64,000 bases of DNA. Source: a virus. Taxonomy: Duplodnaviria > Caudoviricetes. Under the pieces are notes generated by a model. The model saw only the letters and a program-made list of their open reading frames with translations, did no database searches and was not told the origin of the DNA. Position numbers and translations under genes: made by a program. Below, piece by piece: positions 8,515-17,402 of the stretch; within the stretch, counting starts at the first letter, position 1; each line of letters opens with the position of its first letter. Location: the IMG/VR virus record IMGVR_UViG_3300049988_000286, positions 96,001-160,000 of that record, one strand, 5' to 3'.

Positions 8515-8904
8515 TCAGATCAGGTCTGCTGCCGTGACATGTATAGGGACGGCGGACGCGATAGAGCCTATAATTTCAAGGCTCGCCTTCCAAGACTTAT
8601 CGCTGTCGGCCCACTCGGCGTGGACCTGTGTCTCACGCTTTCCTAACGCCCGAAAGACCACAGGCTCCTCGATACCGGGCATGTCGGGGATCGGCGAAAG
8701 GATGCGGGCGAGAGGGAGAGCAAAGGTGATATAATCGTCACCGTTGTCTTCGATATTCTCGGCATAATAATCGCTGACTTCTTCTATAGCCCAATAACTG
8801 GTCGGGTTAATGCCATCCCGAAGAATTGCTTCGAGGTTCTGTTTCGGGGTGACATGGTAAAGCACTTGTGACGCGCTCTCCACGAGTTTGATCCAATTTC
8901 GCAT
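8515..8904 (-). CDS. putative ADP-ribosyltransferase-fold protein with N-terminal tag
   Basis: LYHVTPKQNLEAILRDGI start typical of DarT/Tpt1-like ART folds; TAAATA 5 nt upstream; MRNWIKLVE. Confidence 0.55.
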   Translation of the reverse strand: MRNWIKLVESASQVLYHVTPKQNLEAILRDGINPTSYWAIEEVSDYYAENIEDNGDDYITFALPLARILSPIPDMPGIEEPVVFRALGKRETQVHAEWADSDKSWKASLEIIGSIASAVPIHVTAADLI

Positions 8905-8967
8905 CCCCCTATTTAGGGGCGCGCCCCGCCAAACGGTGGGAGATCGAACGAACGCTTGCCGCGACTG

Positions 8968-9813
8968 TCATAGGAGGTGGTAGACCCGATAACCCCACGA
9001 CATCCCCAGCGTGAACATCGTCATATCCTCCCGAGACAGGAGAACCATGTTGCCCTCGATGTGGTATCTCTCCACTCCGAGTTCCTTGAGCAGCTTGGGG
9101 ATTTGATTCTTGAGTACCTGTGCGCCTCGTGCCGACGACGCGAACGCACCCGCGACTGGCGTTGGGATCACTTCAACTACCGCCCGGTAGGGATGGAGGT
9201 CATCGGACTTGATCCGGTTAGCCAATCCCCTGAACGCCGTCATGCGCCGACCCTTCATCTTCGACGGTCCGCTCAATTTCGCCATCAGATCGATGGTGGT
9301 GAGCCATTCCGGATGTGGGGTGATGGTCTCTACGACAGTGCCATCGAGATCGACCACGACGATCCGCACCACCGGCATCGGCCGCTTGGAATACTGGCGA
9401 AAATTGATGCGGATAATGTTCTGCTCCGCGCCAACGAGATTGGTGTGATGCAGCGCTCCATTGAAGTCACGCTCACTCCAGAAGCGCGTTGGTTGGGTCT
9501 CGTTAGTGCCCCACCAGAGCAATCCCTCCTCGTTCTCGACATAGTATTCGTGCGCAACCTCTCCGGCATCGAGCAGAGTGGCGTCGTGCAACTGCGAGGC
9601 ATCGACGAAGAGGTCCGCGTCCTTGAAACGCTTGCGCCGGGCACGCAGCCTTCCTTCCTCACGCCCAATGATCTTGATGCCGATCGTCCCCGATCCACGG
9701 CGAGGATAAGGGAGATGAACTTCGGTCCCGGCTGGCACGACGTGCGTCCCGGATGTCACTGCTGAATTGAGGAGCCAAGTCGAACCCTTGGTGAAACGAC
9801 GAATATCAATCAT
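8968..9813 (-). CDS. hypothetical protein (281 aa)
   Basis: Long ORF; C-terminal LLSREDMTMFTL is a weak match to the small-protein family motif. Confidence 0.65.
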   Translation of the reverse strand: MIDIRRFTKGSTWLLNSAVTSGTHVVPAGTEVHLPYPRRGSGTIGIKIIGREEGRLRARRKRFKDADLFVDASQLHDATLLDAGEVAHEYYVENEEGLLWWGTNETQPTRFWSERDFNGALHHTNLVGAEQNIIRINFRQYSKRPMPVVRIVVVDLDGTVVETITPHPEWLTTIDLMAKLSGPSKMKGRRMTAFRGLANRIKSDDLHPYRAVVEVIPTPVAGAFASSARGAQVLKNQIPKLLKELGVERYHIEGNMVLLSREDMTMFTLGMSWGYRVYHLL

Positions 9814-10072
9814 CAGCGATTTCCAGCTTTACGCGGCGGGCATGAGAGTAGGTGGTGGACAGTCGGAAGATCGCACGGTTGGCCTCAACCTCTTCCTTGG
9901 TCTCGCCGCGATAGATCACCATGTCCATCGAGGCGATTATGGCGACCCGGCACCATATGAGTTCTCGGGGGTGATCTGCGCACAGATTGTGAAAAATGTC
10001 GGCGGTATGGTGGCGATCTTCGTCCAGCATCTCTGTGGCGCGGCTAACCGCTACGGCATAATAATCATCCAT
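9806..10072 (-). CDS. hypothetical protein
   Basis: ORF overlapping both neighbours in an operon-like array. Confidence 0.6.
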   Translation of the reverse strand: MDDYYAVAVSRATEMLDEDRHHTADIFHNLCADHPRELIWCRVAIIASMDMVIYRGETKEEVEANRAIFRLSTTYSHARRVKLEIADD

Positions 10073-10334
10073 AGGCGATACTGGCTTCGCTCACGGCGGT
10101 ATATTGGTTCGCGAGACGGAACATGGTGCGGAGGTATTCGTGTTCCTCGGTCGGGGAACCGTAGGCTACCAATGTTTTGTCACTGCTGGATGAGAGTTGA
10201 CAGATCAAGCATGCATGGGTGCGGTCAATCACGACTAGGTTGTCGAAGAGATCGAACGAGCAAACCTCCGACAGTAGTTGGGCGGGATGCTTGAACGATA
10301 ACCCGATGACGACGGTGGAGACAGGGTTAGTCAT
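10065..10334 (-). CDS. hypothetical protein
   Basis: ATG 10334 after GGAGA, immediately downstream of the tRNA. Confidence 0.6.
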   Translation of the reverse strand: MTNPVSTVVIGLSFKHPAQLLSEVCSFDLFDNLVVIDRTHACLICQLSSSSDKTLVAYGSPTEEHEYLRTMFRLANQYTAVSEASIAYG

Positions 10335-10350
10335 GTCGTCTCCAAAAGGG

Positions 10351-10425
10351 TGGTGGGAATACTCGGATTCGAACCGAGGACACACGGTTTTAGGGACCGC
10401 TGTTCTACCGCTGAACTATACTCCC
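10351..10425 (-). tRNA. tRNA with CUA (amber) anticodon, atypical C33
   Basis: GGGAGTA-TA-GTTC-AGCGGTA-GAAC-A-GCGGT-CCCTAAA-ACCGT-GTGTC-CTCGG-TTCGAAT-CCGAG-TATTCCC-A-CCA; clean cloverleaf. Confidence 0.9.
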
Positions 10426-10434
10426 GATGTTGCC

Positions 10435-10463
10435 GAACTATCGCAAGAGATTCGGTTGGTCAA
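10435..10463 (-). promoter_or_regulatory. sigma70-like promoter of the tRNA (TTGACC-N17-TAGTTC)
   Basis: -10 element ends 10 nt upstream of the tRNA 5' end. Confidence 0.55.
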
Positions 10464-10486
10464 GAGATTTCTCGACATAGTTCGAC

Positions 10487-10515
10487 TTGACCGAGAAAGC
10501 GATCTCGACTATCCT
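10487..10515 (+). promoter_or_regulatory. sigma70-like promoter (TTGACC-N17-TATCCT), divergent from the tRNA promoter
   Basis: Exact 17-nt spacing; ATG 10523 follows 7 nt later. Confidence 0.55.
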
Positions 10516-10522
10516 GACAAAC

Positions 10523-11005
10523 ATGGAAATCGAAACTCCCTCTTACTGGGTCGCGGTTGGCGCGCACGGTGCGCAGCCCTACGCTGATGGCACGCACGTC
10601 GATGTCCATCTGCGGGCAGTGGTGGAGATACTCGTCAGCTTCAACTTCTGCGCACAGTTCTGGATCGACGCTGGGTGGCTCCACGACACCGATGAGGATA
10701 CCGCCTTCAAGGTAGCGCAGACCCGTCTGCGTTTCGGCGACATGACGGCCGACCTCGTATGGGCGGTCACGGGCGTGGGCGACAATCGTCGCGAGCGCAA
10801 TGCATCCATCTACGAGAAGATCGCCGCCTTTCCGCGCGCCGCCATTCTCAAGACCGCCGACCGGATCGCCAACCTGCGGTCCTCGAAGGTCCACGCACCG
10901 TCGCTGTTCCGCATGTACCAGAAGGAGGCCTCGACCTTCGTCCCGGCGGTGCGCGATCACATCCCAGAGGAGATGCTTGCGGCCTTGATGGAAGCCCATC
11001 AGTGA
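10523..11005 (+). CDS. HD-domain hydrolase, RelA/SpoT (Mesh1-like small alarmone hydrolase) type
   Basis: AH.AQ, HLRAV, AGWLHDTDEDT, ILKTADRIANLR. Confidence 0.8.
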   Translation: MEIETPSYWVAVGAHGAQPYADGTHVDVHLRAVVEILVSFNFCAQFWIDAGWLHDTDEDTAFKVAQTRLRFGDMTADLVWAVTGVGDNRRERNASIYEKIAAFPRAAILKTADRIANLRSSKVHAPSLFRMYQKEASTFVPAVRDHIPEEMLAALMEAHQ

Positions 11006-11259
11006 ATGTTCACTGGTTGGTAGTTGTCCGCCCCAAGCCATTCTTCGAATGGACTCGTGCTAGCGGTATTCCCGTCATCTACTACTATATGGGGATAGAA
11101 GGCAGGTGGGTGTATCGCTCTTCAGCCAATTATCTCAAAGACACCACGACCAACCGCATGTATTGGATGAGCCCAGCACGACTTAACGTGATCATCCGAG
11201 AGCGAGACGCAGAGATCGTTAGTCTCTATCTCGCGATGTCGGGATGGCCGCAGCCTTAG
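11002..11259 (+). CDS. small hypothetical protein
   Basis: GTGA overlap with the HD gene; FFEW...IRERDAE motif. Confidence 0.55.
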   Translation: MNVHWLVVVRPKPFFEWTRASGIPVIYYYMGIEGRWVYRSSANYLKDTTTNRMYWMSPARLNVIIRERDAEIVSLYLAMSGWPQP

Positions 11260-11393
11260 CGGAAGAAATACCAGTCTTCGGGCGACATCGAGAGATCGAC
11301 GGGGATTGACCACAGGGCACGCACACCCAGACCCAGCACCACTCCAGCCACCAAGGCGGCACTCCACAAACCTGTTTTCATACTTCCCTCCAT
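11256..11393 (-). CDS. small membrane protein
   Basis: TAAATA 5 nt upstream of ATG; single hydrophobic helix. Confidence 0.5.
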   Translation of the reverse strand: MEGSMKTGLWSAALVAGVVLGLGVRALWSIPVDLSMSPEDWYFFR

Positions 11394-11454
11394 GGAGGTA
11401 TTTATGAGCAAAAACAGGCCTGTGGCAAGAATGCGATGAACCGTTTGGCGCAAA

Positions 11455-11715
11455 TTATAATCGAAGACCCAACGCAGCCATCCGCTGATCGATCTCCGCG
11501 ATGGCTTCCCGGCAGCGCTCGTTATTGGGCTCGAACGCCTCGTCCCAATCCTCGACCGGAAACTTGGAACATTCGGCCGCGACGATCTCGGCACGCAAGG
11601 TGGCGTTCTTGTCGAGTTCCTGCTGGGCGAACCGTCGCATATGGCGGAACGACGTTGCGTCATCGAAGCCCTCGGGCAAGGAGGCGACCCAATCGCGGGG
11701 ATGAAGGTAGGCCAT
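11455..11715 (-). CDS. hypothetical protein
   Basis: ATG after AAGGA-like RBS; 86 aa. Confidence 0.6.
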   Translation of the reverse strand: MAYLHPRDWVASLPEGFDDATSFRHMRRFAQQELDKNATLRAEIVAAECSKFPVEDWDEAFEPNNERCREAIAEIDQRMAALGLRL

Positions 11716-11768
11716 AGTTCGATCCTTTCGCCCCTCCTTTACCGGGATCGAACTATGGCGTCAATCAA

Positions 11769-12305
11769 TTATGCGGCCTTTGACTTCGGACGCAACTCCG
11801 CGACGCCACCTTCGGTGATGGTCAGTGCCACGCCGCGAAAGCGCAACATTCCCCGCGTCGAGCCCTCTTCGAGTTCTCGGGTGGAAAAGCCCATCTGCGC
11901 ATCGATGTGCGGGCAATAATACGACTTGCCGTTCGCCTTGACGGTCCAGCGCGGCATGAAGGGAAAGGTATTACTCACCACGTTGTAGTGGACATCGACC
12001 GTCCGCGCCTCCACCGCGAGGGGGAAGAGCGCTGTCTGTTCGCGCATCTGGGCGTGCATGGCCCGGATACGGTCGCGCAAGACCTTGGCCTCCCCCAAGA
12101 GCGTCATGAGTTTGCGGGCGTCGGCGCGCTGGTAAGCCAATGCTTTCTGTTTGGTGGGGTCACCACTACGCTGCGCGGCCTTCACCTCCAACTTCCTACG
12201 GCGGATGTCGGCGCTGATATGCTGATAGACGGTCTTCCATGTCTTTCTCCAAGCCTTGTAGCCTTCGCGATCGGTGAACTGGGGTTTGAGAGCATAAACG
12301 GACAT
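11769..12305 (-). CDS. hypothetical protein, coiled-coil N-domain paralogous to 12502-12759
   Basis: FTDREGYKAWRKTWKTVY versus FNDRTTYLAYRRNWKLAY. Confidence 0.7.
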   Translation of the reverse strand: MSVYALKPQFTDREGYKAWRKTWKTVYQHISADIRRRKLEVKAAQRSGDPTKQKALAYQRADARKLMTLLGEAKVLRDRIRAMHAQMREQTALFPLAVEARTVDVHYNVVSNTFPFMPRWTVKANGKSYYCPHIDAQMGFSTRELEEGSTRGMLRFRGVALTITEGGVAELRPKSKAA

Positions 12306-12501
12306 CAGATATTCCCTTGATAATGATCATTGATGAATTGGTAGACGAGCGTGTGACCGCAGTCACAGAGATCATCCGCTCGTCTTCCGAAATGAGTGCG
12401 GGGACGGTTGATCTCGCACGATACGGCGTGATCCATATTCGCAACAAAGCAGCGCGCGGCCTGAACACGATCTTTGCGCTCCTCCCGCGCTCGCTCCTCG
12501 G

Positions 12502-12759
12502 TCATGCCGCCACCTTGGCGTCACGCTCGGCCTCCCACTGATGCTGCGCCTCGACGCGAGCCTCGACGAGTTCCGCGAGCATGTGGCGCGCATCCCGGCG
12601 CAGATACTCGCGAGTCATCTGGAGGCGACCCTGCTCCGGCTGCGCGGCGGTTTTCATCTTTGCCTTGGTGTCGCGGATGGTCTGGCTCAACTCCTTGTAG
12701 GCGAGCTTCCAGTTGCGGCGGTAGGCGAGATAGGTGGTGCGGTCGTTGAAAGCGTTCAT
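12502..12759 (-). CDS. hypothetical coiled-coil protein
   Basis: RBS GAGGA; paralog of the 11769-12305 N-terminus. Confidence 0.7.
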   Translation of the reverse strand: MNAFNDRTTYLAYRRNWKLAYKELSQTIRDTKAKMKTAAQPEQGRLQMTREYLRRDARHMLAELVEARVEAQHQWEAERDAKVAA

Positions 12760-13152
12760 GATTGATTTCCTCGTAGTTGTTGATTGACGAAAGAGATGAT
12801 CAACGGATCATCGGTCAGGGACTTGATTTTCTCCAAAGCTTTTCGCCAGCTTTCTGCACGGTGCCAAAGCTCAAAGCCCGTGCGCTGCAACTGTGTTATC
12901 CGGTCATTGCTGCTCTCCATTATCGCCACCGAAGTTCAAACAAGGTGAAGTCGTGATCTCGCAGGTAAATCGCCTTGTCATTCTTACAGGCAAACTCCAC
13001 CCCGTTCGCCAAACACCATTCAAGGTATTCGGCGAAGCTGTGCTTCGACCATGGTTCTTTACGAGTCGCGATCTCGTGGAAGGTGCCCCAGAGATCGACG
13101 AGATAGCCTTTCGTCCGAAAGTGGACGGTCTAACGGCCGGGTAGGATCAACT

Positions 13153-13569
13153 TCATAATTCGAGTCCTCCAAATCTGATCTTGAACAAGATGATATCCAT
13201 CTCCTGTTCCATCATGATCCCCTGTGAGTAAGAGCAGCCGCCCTCGCTCCAGTTGACGCGACGGAACTCACCGATGGCATTCTCGGCGAGCCATTCATCG
13301 ATGGCGAGATAGGCGGGATAGCCGCACATGATGCGGATGAGCGCCCAACCCGTGGGCGTCTGCATTTTCATCTTACGGAGACAGGGTTTGTCTTCGTAGA
13401 GTTTTTCGTCTTCGGCGAAGAAGGCATCGTGGCCTCCCTCGTTTGAGGTAAGCATGATGTTCTCCAAACGCGAAAAAGCCACCACGGCCCGATCGCTCGG
13501 AACCATGATGGCTTTATTGATATACGGAATAGTCGCCGAGATCGCGGGAGCGATCTGCGCAATCGACAC
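13153..13569 (-). CDS. hypothetical protein, small-protein family domain
   Basis: EWLAENAIGEF...MEQEMDIILFKIRF. Confidence 0.6.
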   Translation of the reverse strand: MSIAQIAPAISATIPYINKAIMVPSDRAVVAFSRLENIMLTSNEGGHDAFFAEDEKLYEDKPCLRKMKMQTPTGWALIRIMCGYPAYLAIDEWLAENAIGEFRRVNWSEGGCSYSQGIMMEQEMDIILFKIRFGGLEL

Positions 13570-13679
13570 GTTGCCCGCCGTGCGGGTCAGGGTCTGGATC
13601 GAGGGGGCGAGCTACGTCATGGGTTGTTTATGAGGCCTTGTTCGGGTTTCGTCAATAGAAAAGTTCGCTGATGATGAAT

Positions 13680-13913
13680 TTAGTCGCCGCCACCGCAGCC
13701 ACCATCACCACCTCCGCCTCCACCATCGCCGCAGCTTCCGCCGCCACCATCATTGGAGCCGCCACCACCATCGCTGACGAAGGACCAGAAGGAACCACCG
13801 TCGTCGCGGTAGCTGCTGCTGGATGAGTAACCTCGCGAGGAGGAGGTTGAACGACCCCTATGGTCGTTTCGGCTGGACCCTGCGCCCAGCCACTTTTTGA
13901 TGCTCTTGATCAT
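13680..13913 (-). CDS. Ser/Gly-rich low-complexity protein
   Basis: Ends DGGGGSCGDGGGGGGDGGCGGGD. Confidence 0.6.
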   Translation of the reverse strand: MIKSIKKWLGAGSSRNDHRGRSTSSSRGYSSSSSYRDDGGSFWSFVSDGGGGSNDGGGGSCGDGGGGGGDGGCGGGD

Positions 13914-13954
13914 ATCTCCGATATACCACCATGGTGATGGGGTATCAAATAGAA

Positions 13955-14641
13955 TCAGCGTCGAACCAAAAACTCTTTGCAGTTGAGCGAATTGGTCAAC
14001 CACACGATCCTATCTCGATCGATCTCCTCGTTGAGCACCTTACCGCGCCGCCGCGTTTCTTCGTTGCGCTCGATCAAGTCATCGTTCCAAGAGGTGATCT
14101 CATCCCTGATATCGTCGCCATCGGTGATGAAGTTACGATGGCGGTCATAGATGTTGTAGTACTGGGGTGCTGATTTGTTCTTGACGTAATGCCGCCCCAT
14201 ATAGGTAGTGTAGCCGATGCGATCATAGGCATCGACGAGACGATCTATCTCTTTGTCGGTCAGGATGTCGCGAAAGTATGATTCGAAACCCGGCCCATGG
14301 TTGCGCCAACCTGCGAAACCTTCCGCTACGCGACGATCACTGGTCCATGAATTCAAGACACCGGTCTTCCAGCCCTCATAGCCGGTATCGAGCGCGAGAC
14401 CCCGGTAGAGGGTCACCACAACAGGAAGGCGAGCCCGCACGGGAGCGAACGCTGCATCGATCTCCTGCCAGACAGCATCTTGAGCGATGAAATGCTTTTC
14501 GAGAGCGCCTCCCGTCCAGTTTGCGGCTTCCCACTGCTGAATGGCGCGCTGCGCATCAGAGCCGAGTGTCGCCTTCGCACGCTTCGCCAAGGCGAAAACA
14601 TCACTCGGCGTGGCGCGCTCAAAGAGATCACAGGCACGCAT
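13955..14641 (-). CDS. putative ADP-ribosyltransferase (R-S-E clade)
   Basis: TLYRGL ... NSWTSD ... KEFLV; start MRACDLFE overlaps the upstream stop (TGATG). Confidence 0.6.
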   Translation of the reverse strand: MRACDLFERATPSDVFALAKRAKATLGSDAQRAIQQWEAANWTGGALEKHFIAQDAVWQEIDAAFAPVRARLPVVVTLYRGLALDTGYEGWKTGVLNSWTSDRRVAEGFAGWRNHGPGFESYFRDILTDKEIDRLVDAYDRIGYTTYMGRHYVKNKSAPQYYNIYDRHRNFITDGDDIRDEITSWNDDLIERNEETRRRGKVLNEEIDRDRIVWLTNSLNCKEFLVRR

Positions 14642-15084
14642 CAGCGAGGCACTACACGGTAGACGAGGCGCAACTTGGCGCGATTGGCTCCAAGGGTGTT
14701 GTGCCAGTCGCCATCCCGGAAGGAGATGGCGTGACCCTGCCGCTGCGCGTGAATGGATGCGTAGAGGTGCACGTCGGGATCGTTCTCGCGCAACCACACG
14801 GCGCTCTGGTTGACGGTCATGCCGCCGGGACGGATATGGGGATGGCACCACGGCATCTTGTAATAGCCATCAAGACGGTAGCCGAGTTGCGTGAAGATTT
14901 GGCTGGTCTGGATGGGAGTCAGGCCATTCCGACCAAAGAAGGGTTTGGCCACTTCCCAGACTTCATTCCAAGTCCTGCCAGTCAAGTTGGAGACAGCGAT
15001 AATCGCGCACGAGCCGATGTCGCGGGCTTGTTCGGGAGAGAAGGTGCCGCGAGTGCTGGCCTCGAAGAGGTCATGTAGGAGCAT
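14641..15084 (-). CDS. tagged protein, possible papain-like Cys/His domain
   Basis: MLLHDLFE; GSCAIIAV...GHAISFRDG; TAAATA 5 nt upstream. Confidence 0.5.
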   Translation of the reverse strand: MLLHDLFEASTRGTFSPEQARDIGSCAIIAVSNLTGRTWNEVWEVAKPFFGRNGLTPIQTSQIFTQLGYRLDGYYKMPWCHPHIRPGGMTVNQSAVWLRENDPDVHLYASIHAQRQGHAISFRDGDWHNTLGANRAKLRLVYRVVPR

Positions 15085-15089
15085 AGGCC

Positions 15090-15105
15090 TATTTAGGCCT
15101 AAATA
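15090..15105. promoter_or_regulatory. perfect palindrome TATTTAGGCCTAAATA: back-to-back TAAATA boxes
   Basis: Serves the divergent ATGs at 15084 (-) and 15110 (+). Confidence 0.75.
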
Positions 15106-15109
15106 CTCG

Positions 15110-15718
15110 ATGAGAGAGTTGATCGATTTGATGGAAGACGGCGCACGCGACGACGTTCGCGCATTTTCACGAGACTTCAACGATCCCGCGATCGACCAGC
15201 GTGTTCAGCAGCAAGCCGCCCGCAAGAACCCCAAGTGGAAGAAGAGCCTCACCGCGCTCATGACCAAGCACGGCTTCAGCCTGATTGGCGCGGGGATCAA
15301 TGGCGCAGTGTTCCAAAACGCCGCCTACCCCTTTGTCCTCAAGGTCTATCGCAACGATCGCACCTACGATGAGTGGCTGCATTTTGCCCGCACGAACCGC
15401 GCCAATTCCTTGGTGCCACGGATCAAGGGGCAGCCGCGCCGCCTCAACGGCATCTTCTCCGTAGTGCGCCTCGAACTCCTTCAATCGTGCAATGTCGCGC
15501 TCGCCAACAAACTCGTGGACGAGATTCAAGAAGATATGGTGAGTTATGAGCGCGTGGCGGATTCCGAGAACCCAGATCGCCGTGCTGTTGCAAACTTCCT
15601 CCGAGATTGGGAACCCGCCTTTGACCTCTCGGCCCACAATGTCATGCAGCGTCCGAACGGCGAGATGGTGATCGTCGATCCCCTCTACCTCGAACCCGGC
15701 CGCGAGATCGACTGGTAG
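15110..15718 (+). CDS. protein-kinase-like protein 1
   Basis: LIGAGINGAVF, VLKVY, DLSAHNVM, VIVDP. Confidence 0.7.
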   Translation: MRELIDLMEDGARDDVRAFSRDFNDPAIDQRVQQQAARKNPKWKKSLTALMTKHGFSLIGAGINGAVFQNAAYPFVLKVYRNDRTYDEWLHFARTNRANSLVPRIKGQPRRLNGIFSVVRLELLQSCNVALANKLVDEIQEDMVSYERVADSENPDRRAVANFLRDWEPAFDLSAHNVMQRPNGEMVIVDPLYLEPGREIDW

Positions 15719-15838
15719 AAACAATTTGCAATCGGGCTTCTCCCCCGCGTATAAATATCTGGTAGGCCCACAAGTGGTGGAGTGCTTAGAGCACCATGGA
15801 TCAGGCGATCCGGGCAAAGCCTACAAGAGGAGAAGCGA

Positions 15839-16465
15839 ATGACTGCTACCCAGCAGCCAGACCACGCGCGCGACACCGCCGTGGTTGAGAATACAGATGT
15901 CACCTTTATCGAGTTCGTCCTCGACGAGACGGGCTCGATGCAGAGTTGCTACGACGCGACCCTGATCGGCTACGACGATTTCGTAGCAGAGCAACGCAAA
16001 CAGATTGGCGCGTGCTACCTCACCTTATCGAAGTTCGATTCGATGGGTATCCGAACCCCCTACGAGAATCTCCCGATCGAGATGGTCACACCGCTGACCT
16101 TTGAGCCCGGCCAGATGACCAACCTCTACGACACGATCGAGGTGCGCCTCGCTGCCGCCTTGGGGGCGTTCACTACCGGCAAGGCACTCTTCGTCATCAT
16201 GACCGATGGCGCGGACAACCAGAGCCGACCCGACGCGATCGATCGGGCACGAGACCTCATCATCCGTGCACAGGATAGCGGCATGGCAGTGCTCTTCCTC
16301 GGACCCACCGATTCGGCCCTCAATGTGGGCAAGCGTCTCGGCGTCCATGATGGCAACATCAAGTCGTTTCATACGACGAAGATGCGCGAGACCATGCGAG
16401 ATGTCTCCACCGCGACCAAGGCATTCCGCGCCGGAACAGCCGACAACACCAATCTGTTCGCTTGA
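15839..16465 (+). CDS. von Willebrand factor A domain protein
   Basis: FVLDETGSM MIDAS motif, TNLYD, VIMTDG. Confidence 0.85.
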   Translation: MTATQQPDHARDTAVVENTDVTFIEFVLDETGSMQSCYDATLIGYDDFVAEQRKQIGACYLTLSKFDSMGIRTPYENLPIEMVTPLTFEPGQMTNLYDTIEVRLAAALGAFTTGKALFVIMTDGADNQSRPDAIDRARDLIIRAQDSGMAVLFLGPTDSALNVGKRLGVHDGNIKSFHTTKMRETMRDVSTATKAFRAGTADNTNLFA

Positions 16466-16475
16466 GGTAATTGAA

Positions 16476-17345
16476 ATGCAGACCAACAATGTAGAAATGA
16501 CCGTGATCATTCACGGCAAGCCCGGCAGCGATGTCAAGTCTAACATCGCGCGTGAGTTCACGTCGCCGCAGGATCGTCAGAATTACATCGAGGGTCGTCC
16601 CGGCTCCGAGTTCTCGATCCGTCTCAAGAACCACAATCCCTACCGCGTCCTCGTCATGCTGGCCGTGGACGGTCTGTCGGTCCTTGATGGCAAGGCCGCT
16701 GGCGCGAAGTCGCCCGGCTACGTCCTTGAGGCCAACGACAGCTTGGATGTTCCGGGCTGGGTAGTCGATGGCTCCACCGCCGCGAAGTTCTTCTTCGCCG
16801 CACAGGAGAAGGGCTACAGCGCCGCCGTGGGGCAGGGTGTGGAGAACACCGGTGTGATCGCCGTTCAGGCGTTCCGGGAGAAGAATGCGCGGGTCGATCT
16901 CGCGAACCGGGGTACCAGCTTCCGTGGCTTCGCTCGCGGCGCTGGTGGGCAGTCGGTCGGCGGCAGCATGGTGAAGGGCATGGCCGCGAGCCGGGGAATG
17001 TCGGACGCGTTCGGAGGATCGGCTTCGCTGTCGTCGTTCGGCGCAACTTCGTTCAACGATAGCAGCGATTTCGTGTCCGCGTCGGCGTGCATGTCCATGG
17101 ATGCAGATCAGGGTAGCACGGAGGAGCAGAAGCTCTCAACGGGCTTCGGTGACGCCACCGACTTCAAGACCACCAAGACCGAGTTTCAGCGCGGCGATCT
17201 CCTCGCCGCGATGGTCCTGTGGTACCGCGACGAGCGCGGCCTTCGCAATGTCGGGATCGATGTCAATCGTCCGATCGAGCGTCGCGCCAATCCCTTTCCC
17301 GCCGACAGCACCGGCTGTGCGGTGCCGGAAGGCTGGAGCCGATAA
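16476..17345 (+). CDS. conserved phage-type hypothetical protein with Gly/Ser-rich linker
   Basis: FSIRLKN, AVDGLSVLDG, GYVL, GVIAV; coupled to the vWA gene. Confidence 0.7.
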   Translation: MQTNNVEMTVIIHGKPGSDVKSNIAREFTSPQDRQNYIEGRPGSEFSIRLKNHNPYRVLVMLAVDGLSVLDGKAAGAKSPGYVLEANDSLDVPGWVVDGSTAAKFFFAAQEKGYSAAVGQGVENTGVIAVQAFREKNARVDLANRGTSFRGFARGAGGQSVGGSMVKGMAASRGMSDAFGGSASLSSFGATSFNDSSDFVSASACMSMDADQGSTEEQKLSTGFGDATDFKTTKTEFQRGDLLAAMVLWYRDERGLRNVGIDVNRPIERRANPFPADSTGCAVPEGWSR

Positions 17346-17348
17346 AGG

Positions 17349-17379
17349 AATGGGGAGGTTTCGGCCTCCCCATTTTTTT
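17349..17379 (+). terminator. Rho-independent terminator
   Basis: AATGGGGAGG-TTTCGG-CCTCCCCATT followed by a T-run. Confidence 0.85.
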
Positions 17380-17402
17380 ACGAGGCGAGCGATAAATACT
17401 CG

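Noticed and set aside
14891-15109. ORF-track N-terminal extensions of several genes (e.g. 14891, 14851, 15180, 26427, 16206, 46972)
   Set aside because: They overlap neighbouring genes; internal starts fit the TAAATA box, RBS or stop-start coupling better.
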